DNA of 64,000 bases from Octopus sinensis (lineage: Eukaryota): the NCBI RefSeq assembly GCF_006345805.1, contig NC_043008.1, positions 33,480,001-33,544,000 of the forward strand, written 5' to 3'. The notes beneath the pieces were generated by a model. It was not told the origin of the DNA, ran no database searches, and saw only the letters and a program-made list of their open reading frames with translations. Position 1 is the stretch's first letter. Every line of letters begins with the position of its first letter. The translations under genes and the position numbers were made by a program. Positions 25,669 through 39,289 of this stretch are shown here, piece after piece.

Positions 25669-26960
25669 GTATTTTATTTGTCTTTATTCCCATGTAGTCA
25701 TCCACCTAGGGTACATGTTATTACGGGTTGGTGGTTGTCAGTTTGTTATTTTTCTTTCGTGTATTTTATCCATCTATTGTGTTTGAAATTATGGGTTGAT
25801 GGTTGTCTTCTATGTTACATGTGTTGGCTACTTGCAGTGTTATGTATTGTTGAATATGAATTTCTAGTCTGTACTTGGGGTGAGATGGAGGTCATTTCCG
25901 CGTGTGTTCTTGGGTAATTAGAGTTTCAATACCTTAGTCCGGTCCCTGGGGGGTTGGTGTTTATGTTTGTTTTCGATTTCCTCGTATTTTTTGTTGTTGT
26001 CGTTCGTTTCGTTTTCATAATGGAGTTTTCTCCATAGTTTTTTTCATAGTGAACCACTCTTGTTGTTTTTCCCACATTTTTATAGATTTTTCTTCTTCCG
26101 GCTTTGTGTCTTCCTTCCATAGTTTTTGCCGTTTTTCACGACATTGATTGTCACTCCGCTCAGCAAACATAACTGCGTCAATATTTTCTACTTTCTCTTC
26201 GTGTCGTATTTTTTGTGATTGTAGAAGAGCGATTTATGCTTCGGGTCGGCATAAAGCTAAATTCGTACGTATTCCAATGTCTATTCCAGTGATTCACTTC
26301 TTATTCCTTTAATAAGAAATTTTCTGGGCAGGACTGGGTTTTCTTTGCTTCGCCAGTTCTGGTAGGTGTTTGCTATATTGTTGCATCGAATGCTTTTCTA
26401 ATGTGCATGTTTCCGTTGATTAACAAGTTTCTTTCAGAGATGTGGTTTTAAGTGATTTTGTTGTATCTCAGTTCTTGCTGCTTTCTTGTTGTTCGTCTCT
26501 GTTCTTAGAGTACCTTCGCAATTTTATCTGTATTGGCGAAGATTGTGTCAAGTCTTGAAATAAGTAAGTTCAACATATTAGATATTTCTGTGAGAAATTC
26601 TTCTGTATTTTTAGTGTTTCTCGGCTGCGAGTTTGATTGTGATCCATTCATTCTGGCATCTTGTACATCCAAGGAGATATGCATAGAGTGTTAGGTGATG
26701 TACAGAAATTGAATATTGAGAAAAAAAAGTCGTCAGAATTTTGGAAAAAAAATCTTTTTATTTCTTTACTATTATTAACGCTTTCGTTCGTTTCTCGAAC
26801 TTGTCAAATAAAATAGTGTGAGTGTATAAACAACTTGTTCATTTATATAAAACAGATGTTGGTGGGGTGTTTAGAAGAGAACATTGTTTTTGAGATTCCA
26901 TTGACAATGGAGATGGGTAGATAGAAATATAGGTAGAGAGGGGGAGAGAGAGTTGGGAAT
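25665..26960 (-). mobile_element. Decayed retroelement ORF remnant, probably the N-terminal region and pseudo-LTR of a Penelope-like element
   Basis: A stop-interrupted minus-strand frame reads HLKPHL*KKLVNQRKH..NPVLPRKFLIKGIRSE. A degenerate hammerhead-like motif TTGACAA-GTTCG(AGAAA)CGAAC-GAAA-GCGT-TA lies at 26769-26816. Confidence 0.45.
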
Positions 26961-27456
26961 CACCTTCCTATTCACGATTCATATATATATATATATAATA
27001 TATATATATATATATAACCTCCAGAATCAAAGTATTGTTGCGAGCAAGGATTTTTAAAAAAGATCTTGCAAATCAAAGAATGAACAATTAGCAGTTAAGT
27101 TAGTGCTATCATATTTAATGCAGAGGGCAACAAAAAGCTAACTACAAATAACTATAGGGAGAGAAAAATACAAATCTTAGTCGTTGTGAGACTTTTGAAA
27201 GTATGGTTAGACAATATTATTGTGAGACTTTTGAAAAGTATGGTTAGACAATTCTATACTTGTTTCAATATTACTAAACCTCTTCAGTTCCCTGTACTTA
27301 CTGAAATAGGTGTGAGGGTATATTTAAGTAGATGTTACAATGTCACAATTCTGTACATGTTCCAATATTACTAGACTTCTTCAGCGAAACAAATTTCCCT
27401 GTACTTACTGAATTAGGTATGAGAGTATATTTAAGTAGATGTCACAATGTCGTACG

Positions 27457-27765
27457 TGAAGGCGCGTGGCTTAGCGGTTACGGTATTCGGTTCCCAATCA
27501 TAAGCTCATGAGTTCGATTCCTTGAGCAAGATACTTTATTTCACGTTGCTCCAGTTCACTCAGCTGGCAAAAATGAGTAGTAGCTGTACTTCAATGGGGC
27601 AGCCTTGTTACATTCCGCGTGTCACGCTGAATCTCCCTGAGAACTACGTTAATGGTATGCGTGTCTGTGGAAGTTCAGCCACTTGCATGCTATTTTCACT
27701 AGCAAGCTGTTCTGTTGATCGGGTCAACTGGAATCCTCGCCATCGTAACCGACAGAGAGCTACAA
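27457..27765 (+). mobile_element. tRNA-derived SINE, family C
   Basis: GGCGCGTGGCTTAGCGG (A box), GAGTTCGATTCC (B box), then CTTGAGCAAG..TTGCTCCAGTTCACTCAGCTGG. Homologous to 45975-46295. Confidence 0.8.
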
Positions 27766-28924
27766 TGTTGTACACTAACAGACGTAGAAAAAAAAATAGA
27801 AGCATCAAAGAACGAATTATTAAAGAGACAAGTCAAGCAAGAGAGCCTCTCCGTGGTCGCTCGACGAACTAGAAATAGTAAACAAATTTCAAATTACACT
27901 CTACAGTTCTTTTTTTTTTTTAATGTCACATTGGATAATTGATCCGAGATACACTTTAACTGCTAATTTGTCCATACTCACGACATACTGAGCTACTCTC
28001 AGACGGTTTCAGTCGAATTATTCTTCTATGATACGAGATTGCAAGCCAATTGCTCACACCTTCCTATTTCTGAACTTATAAGCCTTCTGACAGCTCAACG
28101 TAGTCGCCTCAGAATAAGAGAGAGAGAGAGGTGGGGAAAGTACAAGAAGAAGAATTAACCAATATTTGATTGGTACTTTATTTATAGATTCTAAAAGGAT
28201 TTCAGCAAAGTCGATCTTGGTAGGAATTGAGATCAGAGCGCAGAAAGCTCCAACGACTATTCAAATGGAACAATCACAGCTCAGAATGAAACAGTCACAG
28301 CTGTACTTTGATCATAGAGTTGCTTCTCTATCAGAGATGGGCGAAACTATTACCAAAATATGAATAAGCAGGAATTGCTGGATTGAATATTGAAATAACA
28401 TTTAATGAGGAAGAGAAAATATAAACACGTCACGTTTTGATATCGAAAATTGATAATCTTTTTAGTTTGTGGAGAAATAAACATCAAAGTCATTGAAGAA
28501 TCTTTAATATCTGCTGTGTACCGTTCAACAACTAATTACGTGGGTAAATTTGACTGGTAACGAGATGCTGATATTCCACCAAGATGTGTCTCCTGACATA
28601 CATTAAACCTCCTTGTCGCCACAAAACAACAACAAAAGTTCGTGAAGTATAGATAGATTATAAGACAAATTGCTTAATACTAATCCGTCGTTCCTAATAC
28701 GTATTTTCAAAATAAGCACGAGACCACAAATTCTAGGAAGAGTAAAAGAGACTAAAACTACTCTAAAAACGACTTGTGCTGTTTTCGTTTTTCAACGCCC
28801 TTGGAACAATGGAAGAAGACAATATTGTCCCGGAGGTGAGCACAGCAAACACAAGGCTGTCCTGGGCGGCGCACACTCTAACTACACTGCTGCTGCTGCT
28901 ACGACGACGACGATAATAATAATG

Positions 28925-28988
<64 letters not shown>

Positions 28989-28990
<2 letters not shown>

Positions 28991-29545
28991 CCCTGATGCA
29001 GTACCAGGCAGTGGCTCACTTGGCTTCTATTCTTAACTGATTGGAAGTGTTATCATGTACATTTTGTCTTGGTATAAAAGATGGGCTACAGCAAATATTC
29101 TGCTCAATACCACAGATTTGCTTGTCAATTGTTTGACCATAACCAGTTGAGCATGTCCCTTAGGGACTGACGATATGTGCATCTCTGATCACGAGCAGAA
29201 GTAGTGGGGGAGCATCATAGCCATGTGTTGAAAGGAATTCTTGGAGGTTTGAATAATTCACCTCTGGAAACATGGGTGTTTCGTTCAACATCCTTAAACA
29301 ACCCTATTTCAGGGACCTTTTGAGCGGGATGGGCTACTCGACCAGAAGAAAATTCTAACTGGGCCCCACCTGCAAGGTCATGTGCTGTTTATCTTGATAT
29401 GAGATCACCATGTCGCGTACACATGGTTGTGATGCATGTGTCTGGTGTACCCTTATCAGACGGGTAGTCATGATGAGTATACTGGGCTTCGTATATTTTA
29501 CCCCAGTGTCACTTTGATGGCATGCACTGCTCTCTCACTCAATAA
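28989..29545 (+). mobile_element. Family D retroposon, longer copy, following (AAT)n
   Basis: Same 5' start ATGCCCTGATGCAGTACCAGGCAGTGGCTC as 23930 and the same 3' end CTC(A)CTCAATAA. Confidence 0.75.
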
Positions 29546-29559
29546 AAATCATAATAATC

Positions 29560-29772
29560 CTTTCTCCTTTAGGCACAAAGCCTGAAATTTGGGAGGAAGA
29601 GGCTAGTCGATTACATCGACCCCAGTGTTTCACTGGTACTTATTTAATCGACCTCAAAAGGATGAAAGGCAAAGTCGACCTCGACGTAATTTGAACTCAG
29701 AGCGTGAAGGTGGGTGAAATGCGAAGCGGTATTTCGCCCGGCGTGCTTACGATTTTGCCAGCTCGCCACCTT
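29560..29772 (-). mobile_element. SINE family A
   Basis: Reverse-complement head GCCAGCTCGCCACC at about 29757-29770 and core GGATGAAAGGCAAAGTCGACC. Confidence 0.85.
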
Positions 29773-30649
29773 AATAATAATAATAATCATGATAATGATG
29801 GTAACTTTAAAAAAATGGTGCAATGCAAGTACAAATTCATTCAAGAAATAAAGGAATATGTTTGTGAAAGATTGAGATAAGAAAAAAATGTTTCTTTTTT
29901 TTTCTTTCACGTTTGTTTTTTATTCTTTCAAATATTTGTGCATCAACACACATGCATGTATGTGTGTGTGTGTGTGTGTGTGTGCGTGTGTGTGCGCGCG
30001 CGCGTGTGTCTTTGTGACGCGTATGATGAAGATAATGATGATAGAAGAGAGGAGGGTAAGAAGGGAATTATTATGGTATTGTTTTGGAATTTGCGGGCGA
30101 GGTTACGAAATCTGCTTTTGCATAGCACAAAAGTGTGCTGTGTGTTGTAAATGCGTGTGTGTGTGTGTGTGTGTGTGTTCGCGTGCGCAATCGTAAGAAA
30201 ACGAAGAAAAAGTGGAGTAGGGGGGTTAGGGTTTGCTAAAAGAAAAAGGAAAGGGAAAGGAAAAGAGAATAGAATTACTTAAAAGGTGGGTAGAGAGAAG
30301 AAGCCAAATAGTCTTAGAGGATATACTTATTTTCAGCCAGAAATATCTTGTAGAAAATAACAGCCGAACACACCCATCCGTGCTATGGTAGAAGAGCGAA
30401 GGTCGACGTGGTTGAAAAGGGCGTAGTCTCACAGGCTCAGCCTAAACATGTACCAAGTACTTACTTCAATAACGTCATTGCCTTCGCAGACATGTATTTC
30501 CCCTCCACCTAAACCAACACCATATTGCACGCACGCACGCACGCACGCTCACATACACACACACGTGTGTACGTACGTACACATCTGCCCTTTTTTAGAT
30601 GGTTGCCAGGTCACTGTTTCCTTGATAAGAGTCTATAGCATCTTATACA

Positions 30650-30704
30650 GACGCACACATACGCACACATGTATGTATGGTATGATATATATATATATAT
30701 ATTC

Positions 30705-30747
<43 letters not shown>

Positions 30748-30924
30748 TATTATGTGTGTATGTATGCACACACACACACATATATAGCGTACACACACAC
30801 ACACACACGTATATATATGCATATATATACATATATGTGTGCATACACACACACATACACACATATATATATTAAACTGTTAAGAGTAGATATTAGACCT
30901 TAATCTTAGCCAGAAGTCTATATA

Positions 30925-30974
<50 letters not shown>

Positions 30975-31068
30975 GTGTGTGTGTATGTATGTATGTATGT
31001 ATGTATATGTATGTATGTATGTATATGTATGTATGTATATGTATGTATGTATGTAGTATGTATGTATG

Positions 31069-31107
<39 letters not shown>

Positions 31108-31118
31108 TATATATATAT

Positions 31119-31161
<43 letters not shown>

Positions 31162-31200
31162 ACACACACATAGAGTACATATATACGTGTGTGTGTATGG
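30650..31200. repeat. Compound TA/CA/TATG microsatellite region
   Basis: Direct inspection. Confidence 0.9.
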
Positions 31201-34200
31201 ATATGTATGTATTATATTCATGATGATTGTAAGCAGCAAAGTAATTAACCAGCTAAATACATACACGCAAGCAACAAAGACGGTAGATAAAACCTCATTT
31301 CTAAATAGAGATGATATTCAGCATGTATCGTTTTACAACGTAACATTTCTGTGTAATCTTAAGTGATATCAATTCCTTACCTACCCCCCTTTTATATCTG
31401 CCTACCCGCTTTTTACGTATGTATAGTCTTGTTGTTGCCAGACATCAACACCAACAACAATCTCTTAATATACGGGATCAGATTGACATTTATGCGAATA
31501 AACACGCGGACTATTGTATCTGTGTATAACAGTGACTACTTTTGTCTGTTATCGTTGTTATTGTTGATGTTTAATCCCAATTTGAGTAAACCTATGAACA
31601 AAAGTTTTCCACCCGTGACCCTTCTATCTTTTTAAGGGATGTGTAGAACTACACTAAGCAATGGTTGCATATCTTCATATAAGGGGATAAGGTGTGATTT
31701 GAAGAACATTTGGCTGTTATTTCTAGCAGACCGGGCGAGCACTATAAAACCTCATTTGCTCGTTACCTGAGTCTGTTTCAATGCATTTATGTATAAGTGA
31801 CTTTGTGTATATGTATATGTGAGTCAAAAAAATATGTCTCTATATGTGTTCTGATGTATTAGTAACAGCTTTTATTTCTGACATTTGTTATGTTCATTAT
31901 GGTGGGCAATCGATTAAACCGAACACGTTATCTCAATCTCTAGAAGAAAAGTAGGCAACGCAGACGGGATTTGAACTCAGAAGGTAAAGGGGCATAACTA
32001 AATAACAGTAAACTCCCTCTTGTCCGCTACTGAAATAACCAAAACCCTTAAGCAACCGGTACCCCCAAGAAAGAAAGTCTTGTGAATTAATCAAGAGAAT
32101 GTGTTAATTGTCATTTAAAGCAAGTTTCTGCTATAACTAGAATGGGTCGTTGCTGTTCAAAATACAGTACAGTATTTTATTTTACTGCATTTACAGTACA
32201 TAATTAGGCTAATTATAAGGTAATATAATATAATTAGGTTAATAAAATTTCTCTCATTTCCACTCTATTCAAAATATTGATTTTAAATTTTGACAGATGG
32301 CCAGCAATTTCAAGGGAAGAGGTAAATCGATTACATTGACTCCGGTGTTCAACTGGTACATTTTTTTATCGACCCCCAAAAGAATCAGAGGCAAAATCGA
32401 ACTTGGTGGCATTCGGACTCAGAACGTAAAGTAGGAAGAAATGTCACTTTGCATTTTCCCCGGCTCGGACTATATTCAAAATATTAATGATAATACTGAT
32501 GTGTGTACTGAAAGTTTTCATAAGTCTTGTAAGGTATTATTGTAATTAAAACTGATCATCTGACATCCAGAAAATTCAGTTATCTTGCAACCTTCTGGTC
32601 CGAGTGGTACTGGATAGGAGGGAGTTTACTATAATTATTTCAAATTTTGGTGCTGCTTAAATTACACTGCAATCTGTGTGTTGTGCGAAATTTATAACCT
32701 GTGTTCTTTCTTGTAATGGAAATACTCATGAATGCAACATTGACTCAAACAGAAAAATCTTCCAATACAATAACTGATTAGTATAATATATACCGAGAGG
32801 TGTGTGGAACCATCGTTTCTTATCGACAAAGCCATAAAATGGTTGGAACAAACGATAATTCCATTCATATTGACGAGGCATAATTTGTTGGTCGACAAGC
32901 GACAATTCTCTTCTCTATGAAGATAGTGACGCAAACTCACAAAACAACAGAAATCATGAACGTAAGATTGATGGTCGTTGAGCCTTTGGTTTCAACCAAG
33001 TTTCTATCTGTCAATACTTTTATGTGCAATAGCCTTACAGAAACCCTTTATTACCAATCATTGAGTGAGAATGTGTAGAAGGTTCAGTGATTCATTCGGA
33101 TGAATGACCTGCATATAATAAACAAAATGCCATGGGTTATCGCTATCTTACGTAAAACCATAAGCAATATTATGTGGATCTAGTGAGAGGAGCTATTAAA
33201 CGTGGCAAGCTACTGAATGATTGATCATGGTTGGATGCCAAAGCAAGTGTTTTAAAGAAAATGAGAGGCGTTAGTAGTGAACTTTTCCAGTCACACCTTA
33301 ATCACATTTGCTACAAAGGACTGAGAAAAGATGCTGCAGGTTTGTTTGCGGCATCCCTAACTGATATACGAAGTGTATATCGTTAAAGGATTTAAATATA
33401 AATTGTTTGTATTAGTTATGTAACTCAAATGAATTCCGTTATGATGATAACCATAAAGACTTTGATTGGTCCGAGGCTATAGTATAAGACACTTGCCCAA
33501 GATGTCACACAATGGGGATGAACTCAGAACCATGTGGTTGGGAAGCAAGCTTCTTACCACACAGCCACACCTGCACCTATTTAGCAATTTTTGAAGATTG
33601 TGAATTGTATGATTAAATGTATGTCCTTAATAATGAATCATTATTCAAAATTAAGGCTGCGAGCAGGAAGGATTGTTAGCACGCCAGGTGAGATTATTAG
33701 CGGCATTTCATCCGGTTTTACGTTCTGAGATCAAATTCCGCCGAGGTTGACTGTGCTTTTCATCCTTTCAGGGTCGATAAAATAAATACAAGTGCTCAAA
33801 TTTCAGGCTTTGTGCCTATAGTAGAAAGAAAGAATTATTCGATATGCTTTTATGATCCTTCAGTATAAAGCTGTTGCAGTGAGGTGAGACTGCACGCTAA
33901 AGTATAAATGGCTAATTAGATCGCATGCTAAAGTGACACTAATTTTCTTAATTTAATTGAGACCGAATCGCTGGAAAGCCGTGCGAATGCCACGTTGAGT
34001 TCATTATTGTTTCACGTAGTCGGCCGATTAACCGCCCAATCAGTGTCGACCCATCACGTGATTTGACTTTCTCGAACCTTCTAATGAGCCTTATAAAAGG
34101 TGGATTTGGGGCAGCAATCTCAGAATGCCAAGACAGTTGTTTTAACAACTTCATTCACATTTTTCCCATTCTTCAGCCGTGCAGATTGAAGATACAGATT

Positions 34201-35130
34201 TTCCGTCATGAATTTTGCATGATATTTACCCCAGTTGTGACTGCCGTGTCACAGATCGATACGTACCAGCTATTTTGTCGTAGACGCCAGAGTTGTCTCT
34301 CTGAATGTGTATAAATTGTTGTCTTTATTTTTCATCCCATGACCAACACAGAAAACCCCATGTGTAACGAAGCCAACGAGCAAACACCACCACGCTACAA
34401 CTATATTCATTTTATGTCCGTAATCCTAATTAGTCTTTCTAATGCAAAGGTGTTCTTAATCTTCCATTACAATGCCATTAACATTAAGGATGCTTTCAAA
34501 CGAATATTATATCGATCCCCAGTGCTTTATTTTATCGACTTCGAAAAAATGAAAGATAAAATCCATCTTGGCAGGATATCAATTCATAATATAAAACAAA
34601 ATATTAAAAAAAGAAACGCAATCTTTTCGTCCGACTCTTTACCAACTCTGTTAATCTGTTTTAGATCAAAAAGCCAGTATAATGCGAGCAGAAGGCGTCG
34701 AACTGGCAGAATCGTTAGCATTCCGCCGAGGTCAACATTGCCTTTCATCCTTTCAGGGTCGATAAAACAAGTACCAATTGAGCACTGGAGTCAGTGTAAT
34801 CGATTTATCCCTTCTCCGAAATTGCTGGCCTTGTGTCAAAATTTGAAACCTAGTATTATTTTATAATTCAAACTGCAGAATCGTTAGCATGTCGAGCAAA
34901 ATAACGGCATTTCATCTGTATTCTCGTTCGGAATTCAAATTCCGCCGAGGTCCCCTTTGCCTTTCATCCTTTCGGGGTCGTTAAAATAAGTACGAGTTGA
35001 GCATTGGGGATGCTCAACTCGACTTAACCCCTCCCCGAAGTTGCTGGCCTTGTGCCAAAATCTGAAATCAATATAATGCGAATATGTTAGTGGCTTTACA
35101 ATGTCGATTTCGATCCTCGTTTGCATTCAT

Positions 35131-35948
35131 TTAGATTTTTCTTAGAATCTACATCGCTCTAGTATGGCTGAGTTACAGTAATTTCATCTCATCATCAAGT
35201 GGCCACTCGATCTGCGAGAAATAGCAGCCAATTACCTACGTATTGTTTTAAAAATGGAAGCGGGCGTGTGCAGGGAATAAAATAGCCCTTGATACGTTAT
35301 ACCTTACAGAGTGGAAGATCACAGTTTGAACGTCTTTATTAATAAGTCTGCTCAATCAAAGACGATCACAGAATCGTAAGGATTGTACGATAACAGACAT
35401 AAGTCTGTTATCGTACAATCCTTACGATTCCAATTTTTTATTTTTTTATTTCCATCATTATTTAGACCCAATTCAGTCTTGATTGAAGAAACATTATAAG
35501 TATTCATATCGTTACCACCCCATATTTTTCTGTGGCACCGCATTATGTCATTTTTCTTTCTTTTTCTTTTTTTCTTTTTTTCTTTTTGCTTTCTTTTTCC
35601 TTTCTAAGACGGCAAAGAGTTATCAGGAAAACCGGGCTACAATTTTTAACTAGTTGAGCGGCGGCGAAGATGCTTTCTTTACGGTTCTTTGTGTCGTTTA
35701 TCCATTGCTTAACCCCGGATCACCTTTGATTGAGCAGACTTATTAATAAAGGCGTTCAAACTGTGATCTTCCACTCTGTAAGGTATAACGTATCAAGGGC
35801 TATCTTATCCCCTGCACACGCCCGCTTCCGTTTTTAAAACAATACATAAGTATTTGGCTTCTATTTCTCGCAGATTGAGTGGTCACTTGAGATGAAATTA
35901 CTGTAATTCAGCCATACTAGAGCGGTGTAAATTCTAAGACAAATCTAA
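35131..35948. repeat. Inverted duplication (arms about 35131-35367 and 35718-35948) enclosing a perfect 28-bp hairpin
   Basis: The arms are reverse complements (roughly 90% identical by eye). The hairpin spans 35371-35430. Confidence 0.9.
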
Positions 35949-36424
35949 AATAGTTACAATTAAGTAATTGACCGCGTGTTTTCATTGAGATTAGATTTTA
36001 ATCCAAAACAATCTCTGCAGCAAGATTATGTTTATTAAATGTCTAAACGTCTGAGATGATTTATTGTTAATAAGATTATGATTTCTCAATCTATTAACCT
36101 CATTTTTAGAAAAAGTATACTTACAATATCTATAAGCTTACTACTAAGTCCCGGTTTGGCCGGGACGGTCCTACTTTGAACTGTCTGTTCCGCAATCCAA
36201 TCCCGTTATCAAATGTATCCGGTTTGACACTGAAATATCACCATAATGAAATAAATTCTAAGAAGAAAAAAACTAAAAAAAAAACATATTTTTAATCGGC
36301 AAATACAGACTGAAAAACATACTCGTGTTGCAGCTCAGTCTGAGGCTAGCGTTGCTTTGACATTAGCAGAAGTCCAGCCAGTTTGTGATGTACCAACGTA
36401 GTAATAACATTCAAGTAATAAGTA

Positions 36425-37940
36425 TTGGATCATCCCATAAATAATGCGGTTTTTTCAATTGCATGAACTAAATAAAAGTCGGAGAGGGACGGGATAAAAT
36501 ACCTGCATCAACTTGCTATAAAAGCAGGTAGTAATTTTACAGTGTGCTTATTCTCAGTGCAAGTTTTGAAGAGTGCAGTTCGACTTTAACAGTTATTTTT
36601 TCAAAGCTATAATGGGAGGGACAAAGGAGCATATTCGACATATTTTGCTTTATGAGTTCAATAAAGGCAACAACGCAACGGAAAGTGTGAGGAATATTAA
36701 TGTAGAATATTGGGATCAGATAATAAACGTAAGCCTAGAATACGAGCCTCGTCCTGAAAGATCTGTAGAGCTCGAAGAGGAGGTCCTGTAAACCATGGTG
36801 GAACAAAATGCCATCGTAACTGTTGAGAAACTAAGCAGAGAAGCTTGGATTTGATCATTCAACCATTTATCGACACATGCATCCCTTCGGAAAAAGTCGG
36901 CAAACTGGATCAATGAGTTCCTCACAAACTTTCCGAGTCTAATTGTGCGCAGAGGGTGCATGTGTGCTCTCCTTTGCTGTCACATCTCACGAATGAACCT
37001 TTTTTTAACCGAATAGTGACTGGTGAATAGAAATGGGTTCTCTATAAAAATGTCAAGCGCCGAAGACAGTGGGTAGGGAAAGGAGAAACTCCGGCACCCC
37101 AGTCTAAAGAAGGTTTTCACCCACGTAAGGTGTTGTTGTCTGTTTGGTGGGATATGAAAGGTTTAGTCTACTTTGAACTTTTAAACCGAAACCAAACGAT
37201 AACAAAGGAGATCTACTGCGAGCAGCTTGAGCGGCTTAAGCGAGCGCTAGAAGAAAAACAACCATCTTTGGTTTGAAGACGAAAGGTTTTCTTTCATTAG
37301 GATAATGCTCGCCAGATACAGCGAGGATGGCATTCCAAAGGCTGGAGCAGTTTGAATGGGAAACGATACCCTACTAATCATATTCGCCGAACATCTTACA
37401 GTCATCTGATTATCATTTATTCCGCAGTCTTTTAAATCATTTAGACGGAAAAAATGCGAATTCTGTAGACGAGGTCAGAACAGTACTGGGAGAGTATTTT
37501 TCGTCACGGACAACTGAATTTTGAAAGAAGGGCCTTGCAAGTCTACCAGATAAATGGAAAAGCATTGTAGAAAATGAAGGAGAGTATAGCTTTGTTAAGC
37601 TGTACACAAACAAACTAGTGGAGGCGAGAATACATTTACCAAAGATTTATTACTTTAGGTACAACGGGGCTTAAGTCGTCAGTTATTTTTGTACAGTTCA
37701 CTCAGAACTGTTCCACGCTCGCTGCTGGCATTCTTCTGTTTTCCTTCTCTCCTCGGAAGTCCCTTTCTTTCCTGCTGACCAACTTCCTAGCTAGTCTGCA
37801 GCGAAGTATATGTCTACAGTTCGTCTGTTACGAATCCTTCCCTACAAGAGTATATTTTAGATTAAAAAAGAACTTTGTTTATCTTAATTTTGAAAAATAT
37901 GGAAGTATAAAAAAAACGCATTGTTTATGGGAGGACCCAA
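36425..37940 (+). mobile_element. Full-length decayed mariner (same family as 15946-17379)
   Basis: TIR TTGGATCATCCCATAAATAATGCG / CGCATTGTTTATGGGAGGACCCAA. Motifs HIRHILLYEFNKG, RIVTGE and HPRKVLLSVWWDMKG. Confidence 0.9.
37589..37846 (-). mobile_element. 258-bp insertion in the mariner, solo-LTR-like
   Basis: Flanked by the direct repeat AGAGTATA (37581-37588, 37847-37854). The minus strand starts TGTAGGG, contains AATAAA and ends near ..TTAACA AAGC. Confidence 0.5.
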
Positions 37941-39289
37941 CAGATGGGTTGCGTATTTAAAGACATACTGCTTATCCATGGATACTAGGATTAAAATTTT
38001 CTTATTCCCGAGATTCAGATTATGTCATATAATCGAAGAAGTTCATTTCTAATAAATAATGAATAGTTATCTAAGCATGCTCTAACTCTAATTCTTTGGA
38101 GTTCAAAATCTTACTATAGAAGAGGAAAGGATGCATATTGCACATAAGGAAAATTAGGTTATAAATGTTCTTCATGCAAGTATCTTTACCTATAGTGCTT
38201 ATATCTTGAAGGTTGTGTTAGTTTGAGCCTAAGAAATTATTGGAAGCCTAGATATTTATATCTATTCTACATTTCAATCAGTTTTATCTTCGGTCATCAT
38301 TAGGTATCTCATCATTGGATGATTATATGAATAAGAACATTAAGATACTTCGTTTGAATCTAGTCTGGGAGCAGGTTCATATTCAGGAAGAAGACACCTA
38401 ATGATAAGCAAAAGTCTCAAAAATGTAGTGTAGATATGATACATTCGAAAACTGAGTTTTATAATCCGATAATTAGCTTAAGATCATGTTTACATACATG
38501 ATATTTACTAGGGAGTCAATGACAATTAAAAAAAAAAATAATAAGCCACTCAATTATACAAAACATAATTGTTTATTTATAACTGATAGATATAATTGTA
38601 AATGTACACGTGTAAGAATGAAGTATATAATACACATCAATGAAAACAGCTTTGTGCATTCAGTGAGTTTGTGATATTTAATGCTATATTTATTTTTACG
38701 TATATTAGCGGGAGCAGGGAGCGATTTGGCTCTCCAAGCCAGTACTTACAGTCACAGAACAAGTTTATTTGTAGCCTTTGTTTTAAAAATAGATAAGTAA
38801 AGGATTGTCTTTTCCATTGGTTTTCTTCCAGATTATGAATTTCTTATCGTTGGCGTCATACATTAAGCTGTACTATCCTGCTGTCGTATGACTGACTGTA
38901 CAATAATAGCTGAATTTGTTTTTATCGTGAAATCAGATAATTTCAACTCTATGAAATCACTCTCTCCTCCGCACATGAATTCATCCTATATTTGTTTTGC
39001 TAATTCACACCTTCACTTTTTCTAGCTTTCTAATTCAATGCATTTATTTCAACCCCAACAGAAAAGTAGATATTGCAATATTTGTAAAAATATTGTAGGG
39101 AATAAAACATTTATGGTTGAGGGTCAATGAAAAACAACAAAATCGGCAGGGATCAAAAACCCTTTATGATTCCTATAACTGAAACAACAAAACGACAATA
39201 ACAAAATAGCAATGCTTCCAATTTAGGTATAAGGCCAGCAGTTTTCAGGTGATGGAATCAGTATTGATTAGTCACCCACCCACCCATCC

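Noticed and set aside
27186-27455. Short tandem duplications (about 35 bp and about 110 bp), superficially like a repeat-spacer array
   Set aside because: Only two copies of each with no unique spacers; ordinary local duplications in a eukaryotic context, not CRISPR.
27457-27530. tRNA-like sequence with A and B boxes (also the heads of SINE families A and B)
   Set aside because: No complete cloverleaf, and it runs directly into a SINE body that recurs at 45975. It is a SINE head, not a tRNA gene.
30224-30238. TTAGGG telomere-like hexamer
   Set aside because: A single unit; not an interstitial telomeric array.
30455-30515. Minus-strand donor GAA|GTAAGT with a short upstream frame (GGEIHVCEGNDVIE or MSAKAMTLL)
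   Set aside because: Weak acceptor, no recognisable domain and no partner exons.
32595-32620. SGPSGTG, resembling a P-loop
   Set aside because: It is followed immediately by TAG, with no surrounding open frame or supporting motifs; a chance match.
33950-34330. Possible Tc1-like N-terminal fragment (..FIRLIRRFEK..)
   Set aside because: The similarity is too weak, and no TIR or catalytic motif was found.
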